Positions 39,157-52,525 of a stretch of 64,000 nt of DNA are shown here, piece after piece. This DNA comes from Verrucomicrobiia bacterium (GTDB lineage: Bacteria; Verrucomicrobiota; Verrucomicrobiia; Limisphaerales; UBA1319), in assembly GCA_963664225.1 (NCBI GenBank), contig OY760937.1:768001-832000 (forward strand), in the 5' to 3' direction. The notes under the pieces are model-generated. The model was not told where the DNA came from and ran no database searches. It saw only the letters and a program-made list of their open reading frames with translations. The position numbers and the translations under genes were made by a program. The number at the start of each line of letters is the position of its first letter. The stretch's first letter is position 1.

Positions 39157-40692
39157 TTATGGTTTGGCTCGTGGCGGTTGGCCGGATTTTCCTGGCGGAA
39201 TGACACGGTTGCTCCGGGATAAGATGAAATTTACGGTGGAAACCGTCCCACGTTTGATCGACACCATGGTTGCGGATTCCATTCTGTTCCATGCGGTCAC
39301 TTTGAGCTGGTAATCCCCAGGGGGCAGATTGACCGCGCCAAAGAATCCCGTGGCATCGCTTTCCAGCATTTTCGTAACCGGACCAGTCAGGGTGACCGCC
39401 GCGCGATCCAATCCGGATTTTAGGAATCCATCCACCACGAAGCCTTTAAGGTGGCCGTTCCGGGGCATTTCCTTCCACGGCATGGCGGGGATGGAGGCGT
39501 CCGTTTCAAATAAAGGCCCGCCTTTGATTTCGCCATCCGCCGGTAAGGTTTGGGATTGGGTCATGGATGTCAGATAATCATTGAGACCACCATTGGCGGA
39601 CATGGCCGCGTAGGAATAGCAGCCAAACCCGTCGAGCCGGTTTCCAAGGCTATTGGTTCCATGGACACCTTGAAGTTGGACCAGATTATTGGATGGCGAG
39701 TTCAAGTAGAACCCCAAGCCAATCACGGCTTGATGGTCGTAACGGTGATCGACGATGAAATTCTGCCATCGGGCGATATCGTTACCGTTGGTTTGCTGGC
39801 GAAAATAGGCCATGGGAATGTTGATGTCCAGGATGCCTTCCTGCATCCATGCGCGCCAATCCTGCAAGACTGATGAGAAGGGGCGGGATTGAGGCCATTG
39901 ATCGTCTTTTTCAATGGATGGCAGCCCGGTGAAAGTTGCGGCCGATATTTTGAGTTTTGGTTTGATGGCCATTGAGGAGAGGTAAATTTTGCGGACCAGA
40001 TCGGTGACCTGATTTCTTCGAAATTGGAGCCATAGGAGATCGTTGGTGGCGGGCAGGCCGGCACGGCCATGCTGCACGTTAAACCGTTTGACGGACAACG
40101 GGTTGTAGCCCCAGTCATTTCCAGGATAGCGGATATGGTCGAGATGGAGGCCGTCGATGTCGTAACGGGACACCAAATCCATGGCTACATTGAAGAGGTG
40201 CCGCTGCACTCCGGGATGGCCAGGGTCAAATTGGCAGGCGTCCTCGCAGGCCTCGCTTCCCTGACGGTTGCGGGTCAGCCATTCGGGATGTCTTGAGAAC
40301 GGGTGATTGGGTTGTGTTGGTTTGGTGTTTGTTAAATTCCAAACCGGGTACATGACGGTCCAGGCGTGAATTTCCAATCGCGGGATGCCGGAATGCGCCT
40401 GGGAGATGATTTCAGCCAATGGATCGAAATCTGGAGGCAGATCGTCGGCCTGGGGTTCAAGGCGGCTTTGATAATAGGCATCGCCGCGCTTGCGGACTTG
40501 GATGAAGAGGGTGTTGAAGTGAGCGGCGCGGGCGTCCTGAAGGAGTTGCGTTATCTGGGCGGAAGATTTGAAGCCCGGGTGGAAGGCATCGACCCAAAGA
40601 GCGCGGACTTCGGCGGTTTGTGCCGCCAAATCGAGTTGAAAAAGGACAAGCGCAGGAAACAGCAGAATAAGGATTTTATGTTTGGTCCACAT
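39157..40692 (-). CDS. GHL10 (YddW/DUF187-like) glycosyl hydrolase with C-terminal beta-sandwich
   Basis: EVRALWV, QVRKRGDAYY, DGLHLDHIRYP, QDWRAW. Confidence 0.85.
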   Translation of the reverse strand: MWTKHKILILLFPALVLFQLDLAAQTAEVRALWVDAFHPGFKSSAQITQLLQDARAAHFNTLFIQVRKRGDAYYQSRLEPQADDLPPDFDPLAEIISQAHSGIPRLEIHAWTVMYPVWNLTNTKPTQPNHPFSRHPEWLTRNRQGSEACEDACQFDPGHPGVQRHLFNVAMDLVSRYDIDGLHLDHIRYPGNDWGYNPLSVKRFNVQHGRAGLPATNDLLWLQFRRNQVTDLVRKIYLSSMAIKPKLKISAATFTGLPSIEKDDQWPQSRPFSSVLQDWRAWMQEGILDINIPMAYFRQQTNGNDIARWQNFIVDHRYDHQAVIGLGFYLNSPSNNLVQLQGVHGTNSLGNRLDGFGCYSYAAMSANGGLNDYLTSMTQSQTLPADGEIKGGPLFETDASIPAMPWKEMPRNGHLKGFVVDGFLKSGLDRAAVTLTGPVTKMLESDATGFFGAVNLPPGDYQLKVTAWNRMESATMVSIKRGTVSTVNFILSRSNRVIPPGKSGQPPRAKP

Positions 40693-40829
40693 GAGGCCGG
40701 TCAGGATTGCTGAAGTTTATTGTTTGCGGCACAGCAAGCAAGACTTCCATGTGTTTTTTCTTTTAGTTCGGCCCGGTTGTATTTAGACTTCATAAACATT
40801 CAGAACTGTCGATATATAGCTAATACGTT

Positions 40830-43800
40830 ATGGATTTGGGCGTTAACAATTATCAAAATATGCGGAATGCACGAGGCGCAAGCCAGCCAGATCTGGAAGG
40901 TAAAAGGCTTGATGCCTTGCGCCAGTACCAGATTTTGGACACCGCTCCAGAGGTGGATTTTGATGATTTAACACGATTGGCCGCAGTATGTTGCAATACG
41001 CCAATCGCCTGTATCTCTTTTGTCGATGAGAAGCGGATTTGGTTTAAAGCCAGGGTGGGGATCGATTGTGTGGAGATGCCGCGGGAAGCCTCGCCATGCG
41101 GTCAATTGAACGAGGACTCGGATGTTTCCTGCATAGAAGATCTTGCGCTGGATCCTCGGTTTTCACAGCATCCCATGGTTTTAAGAGGGGCGCGGTTGCG
41201 CTTCCATGCGAGTATGCCGCTCATTTCATTTGATGGGTATGTGCTGGGTTCGCTGTGCGTGATGGACGACAAACCGAACCAGCTATCAGAGGCCCAACGA
41301 GTTGCATTGCGCATTTTGGCTCGGCAGGTATGCACGCAGTTGGAGTTGCGCAAGCACCAGAATCAATACCTGCAGGCGCGGAGCGACCAATATCAGGCCG
41401 AGAAGGCGCTAAAAGACGCAAACGCTTTCTATTACTCTCTTGTGGAAGGGCTTCCACAGAACATTTTTCGCAAGGACGTTCACGGTCGCTTCACTTTTGC
41501 CAATCAGCGGTTCTGCCAGAATCGGGGCCGGACCCTGGAGGAGATCAAAGGGAAGACGGATTTCGATTTTTTTCCGTCTGAACTGGCCCAAAAATATCAG
41601 CGGGACGATCAACGGATTCTGAGCACGGGTCAGATTCTGGATACGGTGGAGGCGCATCAGAACCCCGATGGGGGTAAAATATATGTTCATGTGGTCAAGA
41701 CCCCCATCACCAATCTGGAGGGGCAGGTCATCGGCATTCAGGGGATTTTCTGGGATGTGACCGCCCGGAAAAAGATCGAAGAGGAGCTGGCCTACGAACG
41801 CGATTTGCTGCGGATGCTTCTGGAGAACATTCCCGATCATATTTATTTCAAGGACTCGCAGTCGCGGTTTATGAAGGTGAGCCGCGGACTGGCCACCTTG
41901 TTCCACTTAAAGACCACGGATGAGGTGATCGGGAAGAGCGATTTCGACTTTTTCACGGAGGATCATGCGCGTGCGGCCTACGAGGATGAGCAAAGGATCA
42001 TGCGCACGGGCCAGCCGGTCATTGCCAAACCGGAGAAGGAGACCTGGCCTGACGGGCGTGAGACGTGGGCGCTGACGACCAAGATGCCGCTTCGCAATAA
42101 GGATGGAGCGATCATAGGAACGTTCGGGATTTCAAAAGACATTACGGCGCTGGAAAAGGCGCAATCCGAATTGCAGGTGGCGCGGGATGCGGCGTTGGAA
42201 TCGACACGGCTGAAGTCTGAGTTCCTGGCGAACATGAGCCATGAAATCCGCACGCCAATGAATGCGATCATTGGGATGACGGGGTTGCTTTTGGAGGACG
42301 AGCTATCGGTCGAGCAGAGGGATTTCGTGGAAACCATACGGGCCAGCGCGGATGCGCTCCTGACCATCATCAACGATATTTTGGATTTTTCCAAGATCGA
42401 GGCTGGAAAAATGGCGTTGGAAACCGTGGGTTTTGACCTGGTGGAGCTGCTGGAAGGCACTGCGGAACTGGTCGTGGCCAAAGCCCACGGCAAGGGGATT
42501 GAATTGGTGTCGTGGATCCGACAGGACGTTCCCTCCCGTCTATTTGGCGATCCGGGTCGATTAAGGCAAATCCTGGCCAACCTGTTGAGCAATGCCGTGA
42601 AATTCACGGATCAAGGCGAAGTGGTGATGCAGGTCGAGAAGGAAAGCGAAACGGAGACGCAAGTTCAATTGCGATTCTCAGTCCGGGATACGGGGATTGG
42701 CATCCCGCCTCAAGTTCAGGAAATGATTTTTCAATCCTTCACGCAGGCGGATGGATCGACCACCCGCAAATACGGAGGCACGGGCCTGGGGCTGGCGATT
42801 TCCAGGCAATTGGTGGAAATCATGCATGGCCGCATTGGCGTGGATAGCGAGCCGGGCAAGGGGTCCTGTTTTTGGTTTGTGATTACTTTGGAGAAACAGC
42901 CTGTGGACGCCCAGGCGCTGGCGGCGCTGCGCAAGGAAAACCTTGTGGGGCTTCGGGTTCTCATCGTGGATGACAACGCCACGAACCGGCAATTATTGGA
43001 GTATCAGTTGGGCTTGTTTCGAATGGTTACGGCGCAGGTAGCCAGCGGGTTTGAAGCGCTGGAGGCGATGCGCAAGGCCGCGACGGCCGGGCATCCCTTT
43101 TCGCTGGTGATTCTGGATCATCAAATGCCCGAAATGGACGGTGTCATGCTGGCCCGCATCATCAAGGGCGATCCCGCGATTGCCCAGACGCGGCTGGTGA
43201 TGCTGACTTCGTTGGGGCACAGGCTGGAACCGGCCCAGATCAAGGAGCTGGCGTTGTCGGCTTATCTGATCAAACCGGTCAAGCAGTCACGCCTGGGCGA
43301 TTGTCTGGCGCAGGTCATGGGCATGGCCGTTGAGCCCGGGGTGGAGTTGATGGCAGCCGCTCCCAATGAAAAGAGGTCCGAACGGATCCAGAATTTTCGC
43401 ATACTCGTGGCCGAGGATAATCCGGTGAATCAAAAGGTGATATTGCGCCAGCTAAAGAAGCTCGGCTGCACGGCAGAGGCCGTGGGCAATGGATTCGAGG
43501 TGGTCGAGGCCTTGAATCGGATCCCCTATGATTTGATTTTGATGGATTGTCAGATGCCTGAAATGGACGGTTACGAAGCCTCCCGCAGGATTCGCGAGAG
43601 GGAAGCGGGTCAAGGCGATGCCCAACCAGGCGCGCCCTGTCATATCATTGCCCTGACGGCCAACGCCCTGGCGGGGGATCGGGAGAAATGTCTGGATGCC
43701 GGGATGGATGATTACATCATCAAGCCGGTTCATCTCAGCGAACTGCAGGCGGCTCTGGAGCGCGCGGCGACGGCGGCATGCGCCGTTCGTCCACAGCAAT

Positions 43801-44186
43801 CGTCCTCCCGGCGGCTCTCCATGGAGGCATGGCGCGATCTGGGTATTGCGGACTCCCTGGAAGCGGTGGCAGAATTATTGGAGCTTTTCCGCAAGGATGG
43901 AACCATGAGAGTGGAACAACTGCTGGCGGCTGCGGACGGGAACAACACCGCCCAATGGTTGTCAGCGGCTCACAGCCTCAAGGGAAGCAGCAGTAATCTG
44001 GGGGCGCGAAACCTTTCCGCGCTGTGCGCCGATGCGGAAAAGGCGGCACGCGAGGATAATGCGGCTCTCATGAAATCCCTGGGCCAGCAAATCAAAGAGG
44101 AATTTAAACAGGTGGTTGCGGCGGTCGAACAAAAGAAGAACGAAATGGAGATCGATGGCAACAGCGGGCGACCTCATTCGTTATGA
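40830..44186 (+). CDS. Hybrid histidine kinase GAF-PAS-PAS-HisKA-HATPase-REC-REC-HPt
   Basis: [21 protein letters not shown], two receivers, AHSLKGSS. Confidence 0.93.
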   Translation: MDLGVNNYQNMRNARGASQPDLEGKRLDALRQYQILDTAPEVDFDDLTRLAAVCCNTPIACISFVDEKRIWFKARVGIDCVEMPREASPCGQLNEDSDVSCIEDLALDPRFSQHPMVLRGARLRFHASMPLISFDGYVLGSLCVMDDKPNQLSEAQRVALRILARQVCTQLELRKHQNQYLQARSDQYQAEKALKDANAFYYSLVEGLPQNIFRKDVHGRFTFANQRFCQNRGRTLEEIKGKTDFDFFPSELAQKYQRDDQRILSTGQILDTVEAHQNPDGGKIYVHVVKTPITNLEGQVIGIQGIFWDVTARKKIEEELAYERDLLRMLLENIPDHIYFKDSQSRFMKVSRGLATLFHLKTTDEVIGKSDFDFFTEDHARAAYEDEQRIMRTGQPVIAKPEKETWPDGRETWALTTKMPLRNKDGAIIGTFGISKDITALEKAQSELQVARDAALESTRLKSEFLANMSHEIRTPMNAIIGMTGLLLEDELSVEQRDFVETIRASADALLTIINDILDFSKIEAGKMALETVGFDLVELLEGTAELVVAKAHGKGIELVSWIRQDVPSRLFGDPGRLRQILANLLSNAVKFTDQGEVVMQVEKESETETQVQLRFSVRDTGIGIPPQVQEMIFQSFTQADGSTTRKYGGTGLGLAISRQLVEIMHGRIGVDSEPGKGSCFWFVITLEKQPVDAQALAALRKENLVGLRVLIVDDNATNRQLLEYQLGLFRMVTAQVASGFEALEAMRKAATAGHPFSLVILDHQMPEMDGVMLARIIKGDPAIAQTRLVMLTSLGHRLEPAQIKELALSAYLIKPVKQSRLGDCLAQVMGMAVEPGVELMAAAPNEKRSERIQNFRILVAEDNPVNQKVILRQLKKLGCTAEAVGNGFEVVEALNRIPYDLILMDCQMPEMDGYEASRRIREREAGQGDAQPGAPCHIIALTANALAGDREKCLDAGMDDYIIKPVHLSELQAALERAATAACAVRPQQSSSRRLSMEAWRDLGIADSLEAVAELLELFRKDGTMRVEQLLAAADGNNTAQWLSAAHSLKGSSSNLGARNLSALCADAEKAAREDNAALMKSLGQQIKEEFKQVVAAVEQKKNEMEIDGNSGRPHSL

Positions 44187-46723
44187 CCCTGAAAACCCCG
44201 CCCATGCTTAACCAAACCGCGCAAATACTGCTGGTGGACGATGCCACCGAGCTGCATTTTTTTCTTTCCGCCAGCCTCCGCGAGGATCCGGTGCAGATTA
44301 CGTCCGTACAGGACGGGTTGGCTGGTCTGGAAAACGCCCGCGCCAAAAAATACGATTTGATTCTTTTGGATTTGAACCTTCCCGGATTGAATGGTTTTGA
44401 GGTTCTCGAAAAACTCAAGGCTGACAATCTCACGCGGCATGTTCCGGTGATCGTTTTGACCGGTTGGGACGACCTGATGGACAAGGTGCGATGTTTTGAA
44501 ATGGGGGCCACGGATTATGTGACCAAGCCATTCGAGGTGGCTGAACTCCGCGCGCGAGTGCGCGCCGCCCTGCGGGCCAAGTTTCTTCAGGACCAGCTTT
44601 CCCTGGCCCATCAGGAATTGATCACGGCCCGCATGGCGTCAGAGGCTGCGGAGGCGAGCACACGCGCCAAGTCGGAATTTCTGGCCAATATGAGCCATGA
44701 GATTCGCACACCAATGAATGGCGTGATTGCCCTGACCGGACTCATGCTGCAAACGGAACTGACACCCGAGCAGCGGGATTTGGCGGACACGATCCGGTCA
44801 AGCGGGGACGCGCTTCTGAATATTTTGGACGGCATCCTGGATTTTTCGAAGGTCGAGTCGGGCAAACTGGAGCTGGAAAACAGTCCATTCGATTTGCGGG
44901 CCTGCATGGAAGGGGCTTTGGATGTCATGGCCAGCAAGGCGGGAGAGAAGAATCTGGACCTTGCCTGCCTGGTGGCCGAAGGCACACCCACGACGGTCAG
45001 CGGGGATGTGACGCGGTTAAGACAGATTCTCGTTAATCTGGTGAGTAATGCGATCAAGTTCACCCATGCGGGAGAAATCTCCATCCAGGTTCAGTTGGCT
45101 GAATTGGCTGAATTGGATCAACTGGCCGCCGGGGAGGCTGCAGGTTCGGGAGCTTCGAATTGGAATTCCACCAATGGCGGGGGCGGACCGCTTCGGCTGC
45201 ATTTTTGTGTGCGCGACACGGGTATTGGCATTCCTCCGGAGAAACAGGATCGGTTGTTCAAGTCGTTCAGCCAGGTGGATGCCTCGACCACACGAAAATT
45301 CGGAGGCACCGGCTTGGGCCTGGCCATCAGCAAGCGGCTGGCCGAATTGATGGGGGGAGAGATCTGGGTCGAAAGCGCCCCAGGCCATGGTTCGGCTTTC
45401 CATTTTACGATCCAAGTCTCCGCGGTGTCGGCGCATAGTCCGATCGTTTCCGCCCATGTGAAGGATAAACTGGCGGGGGTGCGCCTGTTGGTTGTGGACG
45501 ATAGTCCCAGCGTGCGGCGCGGCATGGCGCAATGCTGCCGTCCATGGGGGGTGTCGGTGCTTGAAGCGGAAAGCGCCGTTCAAGCGCTGGCCACGTTCGG
45601 TGAATCGCCCTGCGATCTGGTGGCCGTCGATGTCGGTCTGTCCGATATGAATTTTACGGACTTGATTTCCGAGATTAAAGGGGGCGCTTCCAACCCGGTT
45701 CATTTTTTGTTGCTGCAACCCGTGGGGCATTTGCCACAAACCCAGAAGGCCGGCAACCCGGCGCAGTGGATTTCGACCGCCAAGCCGGTCAAGGCTTCGT
45801 CGCTGCAGTCGGCGATTCTCAGAGCGCTGGATGGCGGCCCGGCCGAAGCCAAACCGATTATTCCCGCGATTTCGAGGAAGGCTGTCCTGGCGGAGCGCCT
45901 GCCGATGCGGTTGCTGGTGGTCGATGACAACCTGATCAACCAAAAGGTCATGTTGAGCCTCCTGCAGCGAATGGGCTACAAAAGCGCGGTTGCCAACAAC
46001 GGCCTGGAGGCGGTGGAGGCGGTGGAGGCGCAAGATTACGAACTTCTGTTCATGGACGTGCAGATGTCAAAGCTCGATGGGATTGAAGCCACCCGACGCA
46101 TTCGCGCGCTGGAACGGGAGCGGAAGGCCGCCAATAAGAAAATCCGGCCGGCGGTCATCATTGCCCTGACCGCGCGCGCCATGGCAGGGGACCGTGAGAA
46201 TTGCCTGGCTGCAGGGATGGACGATTTCCTGACCAAACCCATCCGGGCCGAGGCGTTGGAAAAGGCATTGGAGCATTGGGGGAACACTCTTCATTCGTCC
46301 GGTGAAGGAGAACGATTGGCGCCAAAGCAGGCTGCCATTGTTCCCATGCCGCGACCTGGACCCGCCAACAAGCCGCCGATGTCACCTCCTGTGGATATGG
46401 AGCGATTGCTGGATTTTTCGAATGGAGATTCCAATAAATTGCGCGAGCTGGTCCAGCTGTACCTGACCCAAATGGAGGACCGTCTGGGAAAGATCAACCA
46501 GGCCCTCCAGGTTTCCGACGCGAATGCAACGCAGCATCTGGCTCATGGCAGCGCGGGCGCGAGCTCCACATGCGGCATGGGAACCATCGCCAGTATTTTT
46601 GCGGCGATGGAAAGGTTGTGCATGGCACAGAAGGTAGATGAAGCCAGGGAGCTTTATGAGCCGTTGAAGCTGGAATTGATCCGCATAAGGAATTTTCTGG
46701 ATAATTATCTTCGAAATCATTAG
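44183..46723 (+). CDS. Hybrid histidine kinase REC-HisKA-HATPase-REC-REC-HPt
   Basis: N-terminal receiver, H-box, AHGSAGAS. Confidence 0.92.
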   Translation: MTLKTPPMLNQTAQILLVDDATELHFFLSASLREDPVQITSVQDGLAGLENARAKKYDLILLDLNLPGLNGFEVLEKLKADNLTRHVPVIVLTGWDDLMDKVRCFEMGATDYVTKPFEVAELRARVRAALRAKFLQDQLSLAHQELITARMASEAAEASTRAKSEFLANMSHEIRTPMNGVIALTGLMLQTELTPEQRDLADTIRSSGDALLNILDGILDFSKVESGKLELENSPFDLRACMEGALDVMASKAGEKNLDLACLVAEGTPTTVSGDVTRLRQILVNLVSNAIKFTHAGEISIQVQLAELAELDQLAAGEAAGSGASNWNSTNGGGGPLRLHFCVRDTGIGIPPEKQDRLFKSFSQVDASTTRKFGGTGLGLAISKRLAELMGGEIWVESAPGHGSAFHFTIQVSAVSAHSPIVSAHVKDKLAGVRLLVVDDSPSVRRGMAQCCRPWGVSVLEAESAVQALATFGESPCDLVAVDVGLSDMNFTDLISEIKGGASNPVHFLLLQPVGHLPQTQKAGNPAQWISTAKPVKASSLQSAILRALDGGPAEAKPIIPAISRKAVLAERLPMRLLVVDDNLINQKVMLSLLQRMGYKSAVANNGLEAVEAVEAQDYELLFMDVQMSKLDGIEATRRIRALERERKAANKKIRPAVIIALTARAMAGDRENCLAAGMDDFLTKPIRAEALEKALEHWGNTLHSSGEGERLAPKQAAIVPMPRPGPANKPPMSPPVDMERLLDFSNGDSNKLRELVQLYLTQMEDRLGKINQALQVSDANATQHLAHGSAGASSTCGMGTIASIFAAMERLCMAQKVDEARELYEPLKLELIRIRNFLDNYLRNH

Positions 46724-46746
46724 AATTGCGATATTATTAATAATTT

Positions 46747-48057
46747 ATGATGAAAATCCTCATCATCGAAGACGATCCGATCATTGCCAATATTTACCGA
46801 ACCCGGCTGGAGAAGGAAGGATTCCAGGTAGAGATCGCCGCCGACGGGCAGACCGGCTTTTATCGTATTCACGAAAGTCATCCCGACGCGTTGCTGTTGG
46901 ATTTGATGCTGCCGAAGATCGATGGCCTTCAAATACTGCGCAAGATACGCGCCCAAAAGGCCTTTGCAAATCTGCCGGTGATCGTGTTTACCAACGCCTA
47001 TGTGCCCAATATGATCCATGAGGCGAACAAGGCGGGGGCTAATGTGGTATTCAACAAGGCCGCGCTGACTCCACGGCAAATTATCGACGCGCTTAATTCG
47101 ACCCTGTTCCCCAATGCCCCAGTTAACCAGCCCACCGGGCCAGTGACTGCGCCTGCCGCGCCTGTGACTGAGTCTGCCGCGCCCGTGACTGGGCCTGTGG
47201 AGCCAACTGGGCAGATCGATACGGCTCATCCATATTCGAATTCCGGTCATGAAATGCAGGCTGAGGCGAAGAAGCCGTCCTCCTCGGAGCTTGACGCGGC
47301 CTTTCAGAAGGATTTGCTTGGCAGTTTTATCCAGTCGGCGCCGAATACTCTGTCGGCATTGCGAAAACTGCTGCACGAATTTTTGCGCTCGCCCACGGAT
47401 CAGGCCCGGTTGGAGCAGCTCATGGAGATGTATCGGAAGGTCCACTCGATAACAGGCAACGCTGCGGTGGTTGGACTGGATAATATCGCCCAAATGTGTT
47501 CCGCCTTCGAGGCGCTCTTGAAGGAATTGAGCGAAAAGCCCAAGAATATCAGCCCATCGTGCATGCGGACCATCGCGCATGCGGTCGATTTCCTTGGGGT
47601 TCTTTTTGAACGGGGCACAGGTCCATCGGTTTTGGGCCATCCGCCGGTTGAAATTCTGGTGGTTGATGACGAGGTTATTTCGAGGCGCGCGATCATCTAC
47701 GCGCTGGACAAGGCACAACTGAAGTCTGAAGGCCTTGAAGATCCGATGGCCGCCTACAAACTTTTAGGCGAAAAGCGCTTTGATCTGATCATTCTGGATG
47801 TTGACATGCCGGGCATGAATGGTTTTGAGCTATGCACCAAGCTGCGCTCTCTGCCCCTGAGCCAAAGCACGCCGGTTATTTTCGTCACCAGCATGACGGA
47901 TTTTGAAAGCCGGGCCCGCTCGAGTCTGAGCGGTGGCAATGATTTGATCGCCAAGCCATTTTTCTTTATCGAGCTGACTGTCAAGGCTTTCATCTACGTC
48001 CTTAAAGGGCGTATTGCCCCGCCACAAAAGCAGGTCGGCAGCGCGATGGCATTCTGA
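46747..48057 (+). CDS. Response regulator REC-HPt-REC
   Basis: LLDLMLP; KVHSITGNA; ILDVDMP. Confidence 0.88.
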   Translation: MMKILIIEDDPIIANIYRTRLEKEGFQVEIAADGQTGFYRIHESHPDALLLDLMLPKIDGLQILRKIRAQKAFANLPVIVFTNAYVPNMIHEANKAGANVVFNKAALTPRQIIDALNSTLFPNAPVNQPTGPVTAPAAPVTESAAPVTGPVEPTGQIDTAHPYSNSGHEMQAEAKKPSSSELDAAFQKDLLGSFIQSAPNTLSALRKLLHEFLRSPTDQARLEQLMEMYRKVHSITGNAAVVGLDNIAQMCSAFEALLKELSEKPKNISPSCMRTIAHAVDFLGVLFERGTGPSVLGHPPVEILVVDDEVISRRAIIYALDKAQLKSEGLEDPMAAYKLLGEKRFDLIILDVDMPGMNGFELCTKLRSLPLSQSTPVIFVTSMTDFESRARSSLSGGNDLIAKPFFFIELTVKAFIYVLKGRIAPPQKQVGSAMAF

Positions 48058-48105
48058 TTGCAACGATTTAAACCAGGTCCAGCCGCAAATGTCAGCTTAT
48101 AATTC

Positions 48106-50991
48106 GTGAAAGAATCTCCTGCATTTAATCCAACAATACCGTCTGAACGCCATTGGGTGCCCGAGGCTCGCATGGCGACCCATGCCGAAATTACCGAAGC
48201 GCTAAATGCCATCGTTCGCGGCCACTGCCGCAAGGCATTGACGGCATTGTGCCTGTTTTTCGCAGTCCTCGCGGTGGTGGAATCCTTCCTGGCCGGCCTT
48301 ATTCTGCCACACCCGCCGTTCTTGAACCAGGCACAGCCGGTGACTCCCACCATTTCATTGGCGGCGCTTACCGCCGGCGTCTTGTTGGTGATGCGCGTTC
48401 TTTTCAGCCTGCACCCGATCTCCGGCCGGCTGGCGCATCCGTTTGGGGGATTTATCGCGGGTTTGGTTCTCATCAACTGCTCGATGAGTTTTTATTTGAC
48501 GGCGGATCCCAAACAGACCATCACGCTCATGCTTCTGATAATCGGGGCGGGGTGTTTCTTCCTGTCAGTGCCGTGGTTGTTGGCGGTGGAGGTCTGCACG
48601 CTTGGAACATGGAGTTATTTTGTTTATAATGCGGCCTCTCCCAATGAATGGCTGCAATTTGGCATAGGGCTGGTGATTGCGTCGTTGTTTTCATTTTTCA
48701 TTCACGGCGTGCGGCTCAGCACCTATCGGGAGCAGCAGATCATGGCCATTGAAAAGCGTTCACGGCACGATGCCCTGTCCGAGGCGGTGCAAAAAGCGCA
48801 GCGCAGCGAAGAACGGTTCAAACGGTTGTCCTCCGCATCGTCGGAAGGGGTGGCGGTTCATCAGCGCGGGATGATCGTGGACACGAATGACACGCTGGCG
48901 GCCATGTTCGGCTATGCGGCCCCGGAATTGACCGGGCGCAGCCTGCTCGAGCTTTTCGACAGGGGATCCTGCGCGATGATTTCGGAAAGCCTGATCCTTG
49001 GAAATTACAAGACTTTCGAGGCGATGGGCGTTCGCAAGAACGGGACTCAATTTCCAATTGAATTGCTGAACAAGACGGTGACCGCGGAAGATGGCTCGTT
49101 GTTGATCAGTGCGAGCTTTCGGGATGTTTCGGAGCGCAAGGCCGCGGAGGAAATGCTGCGGATGGAGAAGAAGCTGCTTGAGGATCAGTATAAGCGACAG
49201 GCGGCCATCGCCGGCATCGAATTATCCGTGGGCCGGGCTGATGAACTGACACATTTGCTGCAAAGAATTGTGGAGGCGGCCGCCACATTGCTTCCGGCCA
49301 CGGAGGGAGCCTGCATCGTGCTGCACGACACCAAGGCGGGCGGGCACAGCGTGGCGGCGAGCACGCTGCAGGGGTTGGAGACCAATGCCGCACTGCCTTC
49401 GAGCGTTTCCCAGGCGGGTTCGGTGATTCACTGGATTTTTGAGAATAAGGAATCGCTTTTCATTCCCAATGTTGCCAACGATCCGCTCAACATCCAAAGG
49501 ATTTTTCCCAACCGCAATATTCATGCCTATTCCGCGATTCCAATCATCAGTGACGCGAAAGTTTTGGGCGTGTTTTTTATTCTGGACAGGCACAGCCGCA
49601 AGCATAAACCCGAGGACTATGATTTTATCAACACGCTGGTCAGCCGGGCCGGCTCGGGGATTCTGCAGCTGCAATTGTTTGAACGATTGATGGGGGCCAA
49701 TCAGCTTCTGGAGCGGCAGAGCGCGACGTTAAAGAAGAATCTGGCCGAATTGGCCATAGCCAAGGAGTCGGCCGAGGCGGCGAAATTGGTGTTGGAGAAG
49801 CAACGGCTTGAATTGCAGAAGAAGAATGCCGAGCTGTTGCATGCAAAAGATGCGGCGGACAGCGCCAACAAGACAAAGTCCGAATTTCTGGCCAACGTAA
49901 GTCATGAGTTGCGCACGCCCATGAATGGGATCATGGGCATGGCGAATCTGCTGTTATTAAGCGATTTGAATCTGGAGCAGCGCGATTTTGTCGAGACCTT
50001 GAATACGAGCGCGGAAGGTCTTCTCTCGATCATCGACAATATTCTCGATTATTCGAAGATGGATTCGGGCAAAATGGCGCTGGAGGTTGTCGATTTCGAT
50101 GTCCGGGATGCGATTGAGGAGGCGGTCAATGATTTCGCCGAGGCGGCGCACGCCAAGGGCCTCGATCTCATATGTTATATTCCGCATGATTTGCCATCCT
50201 CAGTTCGGGGTGACTCTGGAAGACTTCTTCAAGTGGTTGGCAACCTTGTTGGCAACGCGATCAAATTCACCGAAAAGGGGGAGGTCATGGTTGGCGTGTC
50301 TCACGAAAGCGACAGCGACAAGGAGGTGACGATTCGTGTTTCAGTTCGTGACACGGGGATGGGTGTTTCGCCCCAGGTTTTGCCGAAGTTGTTTGCACCG
50401 TTCAGCCAGGGGGATGGATCGAATTCGCGCACGCATGGCGGGACGGGACTCGGATTGGCGATCGCCAAGGAGTTGGTTGAAATGATGCATGGTCGGATTG
50501 GCGTGGAAAGCACACTGGGCCAGGGTGCGGATTTTTGGTTTACGGTTTTGCTAGAGAAAGGGAATGAAGGCAGACGCCTGGCGCCTCCAAGGCACCTTGT
50601 CGAAACGAAGCCCAGGATGCTGATCATCGAGGACAGCGCGACTCAGCGCCTGGTTCTGGAGCGGCAGATGGCTCCCTGCAATCTGGTTCTCGAGAGTGTG
50701 GCGAGCGGCGAGGCGGGGATCAATCATTGCCAGCATGCGGCGGTTTCCGGGGAGCCGTTCACTTTGGCGCTGGTGGAGCAGCAGATGGCGGGAATGTCGG
50801 GATTGGAATTTGCGCGGGCATTGAAAGCCGACAAGATGTTGAGGCGCACCCGGGTCATTTTGCTAACGCGCGTGGGCAAGTCCACCAGTCCCGCAGAACT
50901 AAAAGAGGCCGGAGTCACCGCGTCCATCGACAAGCCGGTCAGGCTGGGGCATCTCTGGGACTGTGTGGCGACCGTGGCGATGGCGCATTGA
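48106..50991 (+). CDS. Membrane hybrid histidine kinase TM-PAS-GAF-HisKA-HATPase-REC
   Basis: N-terminal TMs, [15 protein letters not shown]-terminal receiver. Confidence 0.9.
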   Translation: MKESPAFNPTIPSERHWVPEARMATHAEITEALNAIVRGHCRKALTALCLFFAVLAVVESFLAGLILPHPPFLNQAQPVTPTISLAALTAGVLLVMRVLFSLHPISGRLAHPFGGFIAGLVLINCSMSFYLTADPKQTITLMLLIIGAGCFFLSVPWLLAVEVCTLGTWSYFVYNAASPNEWLQFGIGLVIASLFSFFIHGVRLSTYREQQIMAIEKRSRHDALSEAVQKAQRSEERFKRLSSASSEGVAVHQRGMIVDTNDTLAAMFGYAAPELTGRSLLELFDRGSCAMISESLILGNYKTFEAMGVRKNGTQFPIELLNKTVTAEDGSLLISASFRDVSERKAAEEMLRMEKKLLEDQYKRQAAIAGIELSVGRADELTHLLQRIVEAAATLLPATEGACIVLHDTKAGGHSVAASTLQGLETNAALPSSVSQAGSVIHWIFENKESLFIPNVANDPLNIQRIFPNRNIHAYSAIPIISDAKVLGVFFILDRHSRKHKPEDYDFINTLVSRAGSGILQLQLFERLMGANQLLERQSATLKKNLAELAIAKESAEAAKLVLEKQRLELQKKNAELLHAKDAADSANKTKSEFLANVSHELRTPMNGIMGMANLLLLSDLNLEQRDFVETLNTSAEGLLSIIDNILDYSKMDSGKMALEVVDFDVRDAIEEAVNDFAEAAHAKGLDLICYIPHDLPSSVRGDSGRLLQVVGNLVGNAIKFTEKGEVMVGVSHESDSDKEVTIRVSVRDTGMGVSPQVLPKLFAPFSQGDGSNSRTHGGTGLGLAIAKELVEMMHGRIGVESTLGQGADFWFTVLLEKGNEGRRLAPPRHLVETKPRMLIIEDSATQRLVLERQMAPCNLVLESVASGEAGINHCQHAAVSGEPFTLALVEQQMAGMSGLEFARALKADKMLRRTRVILLTRVGKSTSPAELKEAGVTASIDKPVRLGHLWDCVATVAMAH

Positions 50992-51067
50992 GCCGCGGGC
51001 TTTTAGCTCATGGCTTGTCTGGAATTTGGGTTTTACATTTTGTGCGGATGTTGCCTATAATGCCGAC

Positions 51068-51472
51068 ATGCCTGAAATTGCAGCCTATGTGAAGCGCGGT
51101 GGATCAGCGGTAACACCGCGTGTTGTTTCCACGATCATGCGTCAAATTCCGATGTGGAAAGCTGAATTTACACAGATAAAGTCCCCGGCGCATCCCCATC
51201 TGATCGATCAGCTCGAATTTCTGGCCAACGCGGTGGAGGACTTTGTCGAAGGGTCGGACAAGGATTTGACGTACACGTCGTTTGTGGAGGCGGTATTCGC
51301 GTTGACCTACGCGCACCGGAAGGTCGATATCATTCCTGATTTTGTGCTCAAGCTGGGTCACGCGGACGATTCAAGCATCGTGAGGGCGGCCTTGATTCAG
51401 AATGAGCGGGCATTTGCCCAGTATGCGGCAAGGCACAACATTAATTGGTCGAAGATCACAAGCGAGGCCTGA
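51068..51472 (+). CDS. DUF1232/YkvA-like protein
   Basis: ALTY...DIIPDF...GHADD. Confidence 0.7.
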   Translation: MPEIAAYVKRGGSAVTPRVVSTIMRQIPMWKAEFTQIKSPAHPHLIDQLEFLANAVEDFVEGSDKDLTYTSFVEAVFALTYAHRKVDIIPDFVLKLGHADDSSIVRAALIQNERAFAQYAARHNINWSKITSEA

Positions 51473-51523
51473 AGAGGCCCAAAGCGGATGTGGTTGATGT
51501 TTCGCTGAGGCCAGGAACTCGAA

Positions 51524-52489
51524 TCACGATCTGGCTGGCATGGCGGAATTCAATCGCTGGCCGGGAGCAAGATGGTTTCCAGTCATGAATTGGGCGCAGG
51601 TCATCCGGCGTTTTCCTTCGCGCTGGATGACGGTGAGTTTCAGGGCATCCTGCCCGCAGGCGACGACGATCCCCGAGGCATCCGCCGATATGATCTCGCC
51701 CGGGCTTCGGGGGACTGCTTCCACGGGCACGGCCTCCCAGATTTTAAGCATGGCGGGCGTGGGACTCTCGATGTAGCTGTAGGCCCCAGGCCAGGGCGCG
51801 AAGGCGCGAATCCTGTTCCACAACTGACGCGCGGGGAGGTTCCAATCGATCAATCCATCCTGTTTGGTTATTTTTCTGGCATAACTCGCCTGATCCTGCG
51901 GTTGCGGGCGCGGTTGAATCCGGCCTGAGAGGTATTGGGGAATGGTCTCAAGCAGGAGGCGGGATCCCATTTGGGCGAGACGGTCATGAAGGGTTTGCGC
52001 GTTGTCGGAATCCAGGATGGCGGTTTTCTCCATGGTTAGAATATCCCCGGTATCCAGGCCTGCATCGACGCGCATGATGGTGACGCCGGTTTCTGAATCT
52101 TCGTTGAGGATGGCCCATTGAATGGGGGCCGCGCCGCGGTGTTTGGGCAGCAAAGAGGCGTGAACGTTGAGGCAGCCCCAGCGTGGCAGGTCCAGCAGGG
52201 ATTGGGGGAGAATCTGCCCGTAAGCGGCAACCACGATCAAATCCGGTTTTTTGGAAGCGATGGTTTGCAGGGCTTCATCACGGCGCACTTTTTCGGGTTG
52301 GAAGACCTCCAGACCCAGTTCCAGGGCCGTTGATTTGACCGGCGGCGGGCACAGTTTTAGATCCCTACCCTGAGGGCGGTCTGGCTGGGTGACAACCTGA
52401 ACGACCTGGTAATGGCCATCGGCAGCAAGGGCTTTAAGGCTGGGGCAGGCCAGTTCGGCCGTGCCCATAAAAGTCACTTGAATGCTCAT
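51524..52489 (-). CDS. fmt: Methionyl-tRNA formyltransferase
   Basis: FMGT, TQPDRP, NVHASLLP, GAAPIQ. Confidence 0.95.
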   Translation of the reverse strand: MSIQVTFMGTAELACPSLKALAADGHYQVVQVVTQPDRPQGRDLKLCPPPVKSTALELGLEVFQPEKVRRDEALQTIASKKPDLIVVAAYGQILPQSLLDLPRWGCLNVHASLLPKHRGAAPIQWAILNEDSETGVTIMRVDAGLDTGDILTMEKTAILDSDNAQTLHDRLAQMGSRLLLETIPQYLSGRIQPRPQPQDQASYARKITKQDGLIDWNLPARQLWNRIRAFAPWPGAYSYIESPTPAMLKIWEAVPVEAVPRSPGEIISADASGIVVACGQDALKLTVIQREGKRRMTCAQFMTGNHLAPGQRLNSAMPARS

Positions 52490-52525
52490 GGACTTGGATA
52501 AGGGTTCAATGCAAGACGGGGGATT

